Shown in pieces: positions 24,601 to 35,657 of a DNA stretch of 39,153 nt. The notes below the pieces were generated by a model. The model did no database searches. It saw only the letters and a program-made list of their open reading frames with translations, and had not been told where the DNA came from. The translations under genes were made by a program, and so were the position numbers. The stretch covers positions 58,110-97,262 of the forward strand of contig RHPI01002699.1 of the NCBI GenBank assembly GCA_009103225.1, written 5' to 3'. Within the stretch, counting starts at the first letter, position 1. Each line of letters begins with the position of its first letter. Source of the DNA: Chlorokybus atmophyticus (lineage: Eukaryota > Plantae > Mesostigma and Chlorokybus algae).

Positions 24601-27600
24601 GTGTATGCACACATGCACGCACGCATGCACGCACACATACACACGCGGGTGTAGCACACGACACACATTAGGCGTTACCTATGCAGTCGTAGTGGCATGG
24701 CCGGTGTTGTCCCCGCCTCCCCCACCTCCCCACATCGTTCCTCCCCTTCTTCCTCATCATCCTCAAGGCTCTCAACCTGGTGTGGTTGTCCCGCCATCTC
24801 CACTCCCCCCTTCCCCAACTCCTCATCAGCCTCCTCCCGCTCTGTGACCTCTGCATTGCCTCCCTCCACTCTCTTCTCCCCCTTCTCTCCCTTCCCTCCC
24901 TTGTCTTCCTTCTCTCCCTTGTCTCTCTCTTCTCTCCTTGCAGTCAACAAGGCCTCGTTTACAGCCAACTCGAACCCCGCCAAGTCCACGTGCGCATCCG
25001 GCGGGGGGTCCACGTCGCTAGTCTCGTCCCGATTGGCAGTGGTGGCGCTAGTGATAGCAGTGAAGGCGTCGAGGTGAGGGGCAGGGTCTGATGTGACAAG
25101 GGGTGGGGGTGGAAGTGGTATGGCGCGTGCAGTGACCTGTGAAGCAAGTGCAAGCGATACGTGTGTTGTGCATGCCGTACGGCGATGCGCGCACATCCAC
25201 ACACGTGGGCGTGCATACCAACATGCACACGGGCACGCGCACGCGCACACTCATGTCTGCCCCACCTGCAGGAAGTAAGGTGGTGCCTCTGCCCCGCACA
25301 TCATCCGTCTCCAGTACCTTCTCCATCCCTCTTTCACCCTCACAACCCACCCACCACCCCTCTCTCCACCCTTCTCTCCAACAACACTCGCGATGTCGTC
25401 CGGCCACTTGCCGCGGTGCGCCTTGGTCGCAGCGTGAACGAGGACGGAGATGTAAACAGCAACCAAGGGGAAGGCCTGTGAGAGAGTGGGGGTGGGTGGG
25501 TGGGGGTGGGGGTAGGTGGGTGGGTGTGTTGGCCCTTACTTGGCGTACGAAGGTGTGGGGGCCGAGGTAGCGTAAGCCCAATGCGCGCAGAGTGCGCTGG
25601 GATGAGTCCACAACCCAACCGGCTGTTGCGGGCACCTGAACAAGTGTGTGTGTGTGTGCGTGTGTGTGCGTGTGTGTGCGCGTGAAAGTGTGCAGTCATT
25701 GGCAGAATAAATGTATACGTGTGTGACGACGACCCACGTACCTGCCATATGTATAGCACCAATAGGTACACTTCTGCGCAACGCAGCACGAAGCGCCAAT
25801 ACTTCCTGAACCAAAGTGACACACAGAATGACAATGGCGGCTGACAACTGCCAGGACGCATTGCACACGCAACTTTCACACGCGCCAGCGCACGTGCGCA
25901 CACACATACACTTCTTTCTGTTTCTCGCAATTGCGAGGATGCGCACGCGTACGCACACGCAAGCTCACACACACACTCCCATGCGCACACGCCCTCTCCC
26001 ACCCACCTTCGTGGCGGCGGTCCCGGGCACGCGATCGCGTACATCAACGCTGTCGCCAGTAGCACCATTGCCATGATCGAGAAGTCCCACAGGAACAATG
26101 TTACAAACAGCACGTAGCAGAGGGCGTCTGTTCTCCTAACAGCGTGGTGGAGGAGAACACTTCTCATAGAAGAAGCTTTGCCCTCTTTGTGAGGAGAGAG
26201 TGTGTCTGAGTCGTGGGTTTTGTTGTTGGATTTGCTCAGGAGTGTAGTTAGCTTGAGCTTTGCTCTGATACAAGCAGTGCGCGAAATGGATATCAAGCGC
26301 TGAAGACGTGTCGTGGTCGGTTTCAGGTCTTTTTCTCTGCTAGGTGATGTTGACATCGCTATCGAGTCTGCGATATCACCTTTATCCTTCGTATGCAGGA
26401 CCGCTATATCCTTCTTCTCACCGATATCCCCATCATCCCACTTGGCCTCCTCCTTCGATATCTCCTCGGATTGCTCCAGCATCTCTCCCACAGATGCCTT
26501 TCCCCCTCCTTCCAATATCGACGACGGCGTGTGAAACTCCATGCTCGCATCCACGCAATCCTCACCCTCTACGACGCAGCACAGCGGGTTGAGTTTGACG
26601 TCGTACGCCCTGGCGATATCCACTGGGACGAAGTGGCTAGGGCTGAGTGGCGTGAGCGGCTGCGCGTGAGGGGAGGAGGAAGGAGAGGAGGTGAGAGGGA
26701 GGAGAGCGGGTCGGCGACCGGATGGGAACCACATCTTGGGGTCGGAGGGACGGAGAGTTGAAGCGTTGGGACTGGAGGAAGAGGGACTTAGAAGTTGTAA
26801 ACCCTGCTTCAAGCGCTCCACCTGTATGACACTCGTATGCGAGGATGTTGTACACGCGTACGCGCACATGCACGCGCACATGCTTCGACGCACGCACAAT
26901 GTCATACCAAGCTAATCTCATGTCTGGGTACGCACACATGCGTGCGTGTGAGTTCGTGGATGCATGTGCATATGTGCATGAACACGCGTGCCCGTGTGTT
27001 TGCCGTGAGCACGTATGCTAGTGTGTGCATACAGCAGCGTACTGAGACAGCTGCAACACTCACCTGGCGTTTGCGTTCCCGCTGTTTGCGCTGGAACCCT
27101 TCAAGCTTCTCGAGCTGTCTGTCCTTCCACGCGACGCGCTCGGCCCGGGCTCTCTCCCTCGCACGCACCCTCCCTTCCCTCACACAGGCCATCTGAACCC
27201 AACAAGCAAGGGTTTTACCACGAAACTCATACTTACAACCACCACACACACACACACACACACACACCACTGCGTGGTATTCGGGTGTTGCCAAAGCTGC
27301 GTGCAGGAGTCCCGCGAGGGCCCATATGGCCATGTCGGGGAGGGACGCCTCGCCCGTGACACGCGTGAGACCGATGAGGGCGCAGGCATCGCATCCCCTT
27401 CTGGAGGACAGATATGGCATCTGTGTGTGGAGTGAGTGTGTATGTGAGTGTGTGTGTGTGTGAGTTGTGTCATCTGCACACATACACATGAGAAGTGCTC
27501 TCGCACCTGCCATAGGGCAAAGAGACAGAGCACCGCGTAATTGTACACGCGCAGGTAGACAATCATCTTAATGTTGCTGTTGTTGTTGTTGTTGTGTTCA

Positions 27601-30600
27601 ATGTGGGCCCTGTGGCGGAAGAGTGCGAGTGCGAAGATGAGGTACCCGCCGTGCACGAGGTCGTACTCGGAGGTCCCGATTGCAAAGATGAGCAGTGTGA
27701 CAATGCTGAAAGCGTGTCGATACAGCGTGTATCTGAGCTTGTCGAGTAGAGTCCACATGTTGCTCTTCGCGTGGTCGAATCCCGTCCATGGCACGACAGG
27801 GCCAATGTCCACATCAATATTGGCTTTCTTCTTCTCCCAGTTTGTGTATGTTGTGACTGTGGCGAAGAGGGCCGCAAAGAGGGTCCAAAGAGGGTGAGAG
27901 GAATCCACTTCGGAGCCAAACCAGCAGCGCTTGCAGTAGCGAGAGTCGTTGTTGCTACCGTCCTGGCATTGTGAGCAGGTGAGAAAAGAGCTCGGCTTCT
28001 CAATGGCTGATGGTTTTCCCAGCCAAGCCACGTATTCCGCTACCAGAACCGTAGCGATGACTAAAGTGGCTATCCTCCAGTGCTTGCGCAACCGGCTTTT
28101 GGGTAGCCACATGCAGAGGCCCAGCAGAGCCAGAAACAGAAGGGAGATTGCTGTGCGAAGGATGAAAGCTACTATCAAGTAAATGCACATGCAGGTCTCC
28201 AGTCCCAAAGTCTCCCAGAAGCGCTGCAGAAGGGTGACAGCTTTGGCTACAAGACCCGCGAACTGTCGTTTCAGCAGGGAGCCAGCAGCAAAGCGTCCCT
28301 CCAATCTCACGGAATGAATGGCTTCTGTCTTCCATTTGCTGCTGGCTTGCTGCAGCACGCAAATGGCTATCAAACAAGCTTCTGGCCTTAGCCCTCGCTC
28401 CATGCCATGGTAGCCGGACTCGAAGTGGCTGAAGCCGATCCAGCGAAGCCAATTTGGATCAGCTCCTGCCAGATGCCTCTCCACGGTCTGATACAAGTAA
28501 CCAGCTACCAGCATCTGGACAGAAGCAAGAAGCAAGAAGACTCTTCCCGGCACCTGGGAGCGCTTTGGAAGCCGAAACAACACCAGTAGAGCCACTATCA
28601 CACCCAGCCACACCAACCCAAACACGTTTGCTCCGGAAGCCATGTTCCCAAATGCAGCAAAATACACCGCTTTGTCCACATGCAGAGCCACAATCCTCTT
28701 TATTATCACCACCAAGTGTTTCTCCTTCACCTTTCTCACACTCTTGTTGTCTCCTCTCTGGCGATACAGCTCCAACACAACAAATAGCAGAGCCAGGAGC
28801 CACACTTGTCTCTCCTCCTCGCTGTGCGCGAACCCAACGTACTCTTCACGCCGGTCGCCCATGCGCGGGAAGAGTGAGGGAAAGGCTGTGAACACGTATG
28901 ATGCAGAGAAGGACGCGAGCGTGTAGAGGGTGAGAGGGTGCAAGAAGAAGGGTGAGAATAGGACGGAGAGGAGGAGAAGGAGCAGGAGACCCACGCCGAG
29001 GTAGCTCGGGGAGACGGAGTAGACAACCTGAAGGGGAATGTGTGTGTGTTGTTGTGAGCGTACAGAGTGTGTGTGTGTGTGTGGTTGTGAGAGTTTACCT
29101 GTAGTGTGGCGAAGAAGCAAATGTACATGCCAATGCTTCGGGTCGTGTGCTGGAGTGCTGCCCACACTTTGGCAAGAGTTGACGCGCGCCATTGTGAAAG
29201 CACTCGGCTCGCTGTGACATGTATGTAATATGAAGACACACGCATGCATGCACGCATGCATGCGTATGTCTTCATACACATATACAAGCACGAACGCAGG
29301 CACAGACGCGCGCACGTATAAACATGCAGGCACACACATGTGCGCACAGGTTAGAAAGGTGTTGCAGATGAGAGTATCAGCTGCCATCATACCTGCTGGC
29401 GAGTCCGTCTTGATTGCCTGTTAAACGTGGAGAGTGAGTCTGTATGGTGTGAATAGAGGTTGTGGTGGCTTGAGTGACCACAGGCTGACACTTACTCTGT
29501 GAGACAATAAGAGGAGAAGAGCCCATATGCCAGCAGTCTCCGCCCACTCGTTCTGCCATAGCCCTGTCCAAAAAAGACATGAACTGGTGTGCACACACAC
29601 ACACCAGATGCAAGCGAGCACCACACGTGCACATAGGGGTACACGCGCGCGCGCGCGCGCACAAGCGCATGCGCACACGCTCACACGCACGCGCCACATC
29701 ACACCACCAAAACTCAACTCACCAACAAGCTCAAGTGTGTCTTTATGCTCCTGGCTCCTCACCCTCTCTCTCACCCCTCTCAGTTCAAACACCCACACGC
29801 TCGCCGCATGCAGCGCGCACAACACGTGCAACGGCCTCATCACCCACACGCTTGTGATTGGCACACGTACGAGGACAACAAACGCCACAACTGGCAGGGA
29901 GAAAGAGAGTGAGTTTGGTTCATTATACACCAACATATAACAACTTGCAACATATAACACAAAGCTTCTTACCATATGTGGAGTGAAGGACATCATATGT
30001 GGTGAGGCCCACGATGCACAGTGCGAGTGCGGTTAAAGGCCGCGCGTGGACGGTTAGCGCTAATCGGGCCGCCGTTAGCAGGCGGATGATAAAGTTTCCC
30101 TCGCTGACATCGACGGTAGTAAGCTTGATGTCGGTCAAGGATACGGGCGTTTGGCCCAATTTGGGTGACAGGTTCTCCGTAACAACTTCGGTCTCGGTGT
30201 TTGGTGTCTTGGTATGGAGGGGAGTGGTTCTCCTCTGTCGCGGTGATGTTGGGAAAATTGATATGGACGCCTCGTCAAACACTCTCACACTCTGCTCACA
30301 TTTCTCAACCCTCCCATGTGAGCACACCTGCACATCACCCATGTTGCACCTGCGCATGCACACACGCACACACACGCATGCATGCACGCACGCACATGCA
30401 CATTTGCACGGGCATGTATGTTTACGTGCACACTGATACTCACAAGTACGAATGTGAAGCCAACTCCTACCCACGCTACCCAGCTCTCTCCTTTCACCCA
30501 CTCCGTGTGCACATCCCACACTCGCACACCACAGGCTGCGCATGCGTGGGCGATGATGTACAACTTGATGACTCTCTGCGGAATGTTGTTTGAGGCTGAT

Positions 30601-31506
30601 GATGTAATCAGAGAGGGATAGAATAGAGCAACCAGGGCCAGGATCAGATATGGAGCTGATAATGCGCTGGAAGAGGGAAGTGATGCCAGCACGAGCGCCA
30701 GCCATAACACCGCAGGGATGTGTGGAACTGTCAGGCAAGAGTTGGAGTTGTTGTTGTTGTTGTTGTTGTTGTTTGGGTTGTGGTTGTGGTTGTGGAAGCC
30801 CACTACCTGATAGTGGGTAGAGCCCACTATCAGGTAGTGGGCTCTACCTGATATGTGGAGGGGGGACTTGAGGAGGTTACTCTTGTTTGCGATGAAGGTG
30901 GAGAGGGCGGCCGCGATGGAGAGACTCGCAATCGTACACACAAAGTCTCCCTCATCACCACTAACACACAATGCAGCACTATATCACTCACCCACACTCA
31001 GCGCCTTCATATATCCATGCACATACAATCTGCACACCTGCTGTCTGCTCCGGTGAGCCAGTCTGGCACGCTGTCCCGAGCCACGCGTAAGCCTATGTGT
31101 GCGCCAATGAGGAGAAGGCTGAGCAGAGACAGCAGCCACCAGAGGACAGAATTTGGATACGTAGATTTGTGTTGCTTGTTATGCTTATGGTTGTGCTTGT
31201 TGTTGTTGTTGGTAAAGAGGGTGTGGAGGACAAGTAGGCCAGCCAGGAGCTGCACCAGGCCGAGCAGGCCGTGCAGGCCAGCAAGGGCACCTGAAAGAGA
31301 AACAGTACGACCACATGAGATGCTGATATCCGCAGCATGGTTGCAGATATCGTACTTATCAACAGCAGCGCCGCCGCCAACAATGCTGCCGCCGCCAGGC
31401 CAGCGCGCCTTAGCCCGCCTCCGGCAACCAGCTGCACCGCCGGCGGCGGCATCGCTGCTGCACTGTGGCGGCCTCCTCTTACGTCATATTCTCCTCCTTG
31501 TCCACA
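21636..31506 (-). CDS. PIEZO: PIEZO-type mechanosensitive ion channel (plant type), at least 25 exons, more than 2280 aa; 5' end unresolved
   Basis: Exons, 5' to 3' on the minus strand: 31506-31356 (tentative), 31290-31038, 30960-30426, 30234-29973, 29890-29723, 29563-29496, 29417-29393, 29211-29099, 29027-27507, 27420-27268, 27192-27064, 26821-26007, 25805-25742, 25635-25540, 25475-25266, 25136-24679, 24427-23876, 23789-23684, 23582-23424, 23350-23289, 23173-22657, 22409-22259, 22176-22123, 21944-21851, 21774-21636. Phases are consistent (6855 nt). Diagnostic motifs: PFxxEx6W (ALPFLSELRSLLDW), LRLEDI, TSEYDLVHGGYLIF, LRVYNY, GAEAPPYFLQV, ALQIRY, IIWLPMFLFSS, GLYLGFVLAIGRLLR, and the C-terminus EDIYAARAEGELALEESLY. 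Confidence 0.9.
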
Positions 31507-31953
31507 CTAGTCACCTCCGCCCGCCCTGTCCACACTGGCCTGGCCTGCTCCGCTGCGGCCTGGCCTGGCGAGCTGGCCGGCCTGGTGAGTATCTCCAATC
31601 ACGTGACAATGAACCGGATCGCGGTTGTTGAGAGCGAGTTGATCGAACCGTTTCCTGCTGCTTGCAGGATTGAGAGTCCACCGATCGAGACACACCTGTG
31701 TGTTTGAGGGGATGGGGTGGTGGTTGACATCAACACAATTGGCCTCGGCTTTTGATAGATAGGAAATTGTTGCGTACCTAGTGGATGTTGTTGCGTAAGG
31801 TGTACCTGGCTTGATTGTAAATTATGCCTTGATGCACATGCCTTACACACATGCGCGCGCACAGCGGGTGCTGAATATGCGATTCTTTGTATCTTTGTAT
31901 CTTAAGAGGCGCGGCGTAAGGGCGGATATCGTAATAATATGAAAAGGTGGGAG

Positions 31954-32211
31954 CCTGAACCAAAGTGACACACAGAATGACAATGGCGGCTGACAACTGC
32001 CAGGACGCATTGCACACGCAACTTTCACACGCGCCAGCGCACGTGCGCACACACATACACTTCTTTCTGTTTCTCGCAATTGCGAGGATGCGCACGCGTA
32101 CGCACACGCAAGCTCACACACACACTCCCATGCGCACACGCCCTCTCCCACCCACCTTCGTGGCGGCGGTCCCGGGCACGCGATCGCGTACATCAACGCT
32201 GTCGCCAGTAG
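31954..32211. repeat. 258-bp apparently identical copy of PIEZO segment 25805-26062 (one intron plus exon end), ending at a single N
   Basis: Same sequence at an offset of 6149; ORFs 25816-26076 and 31965-32225 translate identically up to the N. The second copy stops at the N at 32212. Confidence 0.9.
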
Positions 32212-33129
32212 NACATTTGGCGTGAGTGCAAGATTTCAACTTGATACCATCCTATAATGCAGTCATCGGTGCTGTCACTGTGAGCCAAACAAATGGCAAT
32301 TGCAAGTAGTGGTCACGAGGTTAATAGAGATGAGTTGTCACCGGTATTGGATAACTTCAATGTACGTGCACGGAATGTCAATTAAGCACTAAAGCAATGA
32401 AGCTAGCGTGCATCATCGCACAACTGCAGCACAATAGCTGTTCGGCCGCTTGAAAGTCATTTTTGCTTAACTTAGTGTGAGCGATGAGAATTTCATGGGG
32501 GTTCAATAAGTAGTATAATAGCACATGTGATTGATATGCCACATCTCTGCGGCATACCAGCTTCAGCTGATATGATGCATGCTATCACATGACTGTACAC
32601 TGTGCACTGTACATGTGCTTATCGATCATATGATTACTTTGATTCACCCCCGCTAAGACTGCGCTCCAAAAGAATAACCCCGCTTATAGCATAGAATGTG
32701 AGATTTTCAATGGTTTTACAGGCAAATATTGATGCTTTAAAGGATATGACCAACCGCGAAGAGCATATTTCTTTTTGATGAAATTCTTGCAAGTTTAAGT
32801 GTGCATATTCTTAACATCGAGGGCGGTGACATGATGAGTGCGGCATAAGGCGTGATGAGCATGACGATTAGAGCGTGATGGGCAGGGTGTGACGCGCAAT
32901 CAGCGTGATGGGCGTGACGTAATGCGCATGATGTAATGAGCGTGATGTTTATAGCATATTTATGCTCTTGACATCAAAGAGCATATTATGCTCTTAACCG
33001 CCAAGAGAATTACCCCGCCAAGAGCATAAGATAGCGGAGGATAAATTTTATGCTCTTAAAGGGGGTACACTATATATGGTCAATGGATACGCACATGTTC
33101 AGTGCACAATGTACATTGTACAGACCCCT

Positions 33130-33215
33130 TATTTACTTATACCTATTATACATCGAGCCGGGCAGGAGGGGGCCCCCTCCTGCCCGACTCGATGTACAAT
33201 AGGTATAAGTACATA
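33130..33215. repeat. 86-bp near-perfect palindrome with no loop
   Basis: 43-bp arms centred on GGGGG|CCCCC (33172/33173), with three mismatched pairs (33158/33187, 33148/33197, 33133/33212). Confidence 0.9.
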
Positions 33216-33625
33216 TTCAATAAAGACGGTACCCCAGGGTACCGTCTCTATCGATTTGCAAGTGTGATATACATGTCCACATCCCAGATGGGCTATTATA
33301 ACAGTCCCCCCCCTGCCTTTTCTTCTCTGTTATGCATTAAGTTCCTGGACGTATATCATGTATGTACCCGCATGCCTCATAATGAGCATGCAGGTGCACA
33401 TCGTATCGACTATTGCTATCATAGCAAAGACCATGGCATGACGTTGTTAAGCATCATTTTTAAACACATATAATGCATACTTGTCATTGCATTCTATTAC
33501 CTCGAGACAAATTTTGCTATTACGATGCTATTAGTGTACCGGCGACACGCCGTCCGTCGGCGTTAAACACGACGCCAACCGTTGTTTTCGATTATATTAT
33601 ACACACATAATGTATGCACTATGTG

Positions 33626-34589
33626 TGTGACGCGGCTAGTGGTTATGCTCTAAGTGTTTGGACATACGTGAGATAACCAACAAGCATGCATGCTTGCTGC
33701 TATGTAGTAAGAAGTTATACATGTTGATCTCTCACATGAATGTGATCATCCGACATATGTATGTTGGTATCACAACTTCGATGTTCATATTATAAAGACA
33801 TATGTTTGAAGGATATCAGAAGAGTCAAGCATTGTTGTCGCACACAAAGATGTGGATATGAGCAATAACTGTCCATATTGTAGCAGACAATGTGAATATC
33901 ACTGTGCATTTATGTGCATTTATATGAAAGGTACCAGAAGAGGCAGATGAGGATATTGCACGGATGTATGCTGATGTTGTAGACTGCAATATTGATATCA
34001 CAGAGACTGATATCTGCAATCTGTGGCTACGAGACCGTGTGGCCCATCCCATGAGATCATAGTACTGTCTCATTGGTTGCTCATACTTGGGGTAAGATAT
34101 CCTTCAAGATGATTGGTGTGAGTTTGGTAAGGGCAAGCGCAAAAGTGCTTGTCACGAGATGGTTGATCACCTTAGATTACACTAGTCCAAACAAGGCACC
34201 ATTGATGGTGACACCCACTACCCTTAGTGGCTAAGATAAGGCACAAGGGGTATATAAGTGAGCACGCTCAGTATGCAAGGTATTGGAGACTTGGGTTTAC
34301 CTTGCCTTTGCGTGCTCGCTCGTGTGGGACCTCGCGTGGGGTGTTAGGGTGAGAGGCCGCTCAAGGGGTTGCCAAAGCTCTTCAACCTCAAGGTGTGGAC
34401 GCTTGGCCTTGTGTAGCACTTATGTGTGAGTTATGTGTGAGTGTGAGTTATGTGTGAGTGTGTACAGTCGGAGAACGTGTTTACACTTGCATATGTGAGT
34501 GCATGGTGCTAACACTTGTGTGCGAGTGCTTGCACGAAGTAGAGTGCATGACCCTCTTATGTGAAAGTTAAGCCTAGGGTGGCATTACA
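33626..34589 (+). mobile_element. Solo LTR (about 964 bp) with 5-bp target-site duplication
   Basis: Begins TGTGACG and ends GGCATTACA (TG...CA). Flanked by ATGTG at 33621-33625 and 34590-34594. Internal TATA-like GGTATATAAGTG near 34250. No internal coding region. Confidence 0.75.
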
Positions 34590-34985
34590 ATGTGTATACA
34601 TGTGCACATCATATATACATATGTACAGGGCATCGTGGGGTTTGCACATAGCATCGACGCCTTTGCATTCATAACAAAGGCCATGGCATGGCCTCATTAT
34701 TAAGCACAATTCATTGTACACCCACACGAGACGACACACACCTCGCTTTATTTCATCATACTTAGTAGCGCATGCCACAGTTGAGCACTTGATGTGCGCA
34801 TACATTGGGCAGTAATTACGATACATGCCTTATGTAAGCGATTTTGTTTTATTTTGTTTTTTTGCTTGGTTGAATAACATTTTACTATCCACATGAACTT
34901 GTTTTATTATGAGGTCATAACATCATATCATAACCGCACAATGGTGTGTCATACTGACACCGTGTGCAGGTATCTTAACACTCAC

Positions 34986-35657
34986 TGTGACGGTGCTCGT
35001 GCCTTGTCACCTGTGAGTTGGTCCAATCCACAACCCTCTCACCAAGACACGGTATTCACACCGGAACCTTGCCCCCTCTGCCAAGCACACACGCGCGCCC
35101 CGCCACTCGCGTACGCACGCGCATGCGCTCGAAGCTACACACCGACTTGTGTAGCGCCTTGGATCGTCACACAAGCAAGCACACACCGGTGGGCACACGC
35201 TAGCAACCCCTGCTAACCACCACCAAGCTTGCACACCAGAAACTAGGGAGCTAAAGGTTGTATTGCAAGTTGTAGAATGTCACTTTTATACCTACCAGTC
35301 TGCACATGCTACTGTCTAGACGATTCTAGCGCTAGACGGAACTAGAAGCTAAGATATTCTTGCAGAATCTTGTAGTACACTTCTAGACCTTTTCAACGCA
35401 CCAAAGATCTCCTAATTTGCTGCTCATATGGTCAAGTTATACTACTTGGCGCCAGGCCCTTCCAGAAATCTGGTCGAGCCCTTCTCGACTGGCCCTCCGT
35501 TTTCTGGCACCTTCCGTACTGGTCTTGGGGCCCCGGTCGATATCCGCGGCAGACTCATAACTCGCCGATATCCGCCACAAGTCATTAAAAACATGTACCT
35601 TACAAATAAGGCCTAAAACGGCCATGAAAATCACAGAATTTGGCCTTGACTGTTACA
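34986..35657 (-). repeat. 3' LTR of the Ty3/gypsy element
   Basis: Starts TGTAACA directly after the PPT, so the 35657 boundary is firm. The far end is placed at ...CCGTCACA (34986) from the TG...CA rule only. TATAAAA on the minus strand at 35284-35290. Confidence 0.65.

Noticed and set aside
8762-31506. Possible functional cluster (chaperone, propeller, ER PQ-loop protein, PIEZO) as a membrane or mechanosensing system
   Set aside because: The genes are unrelated families with no shared regulatory signal visible, and adjacency in a eukaryotic genome is not evidence of co-function.
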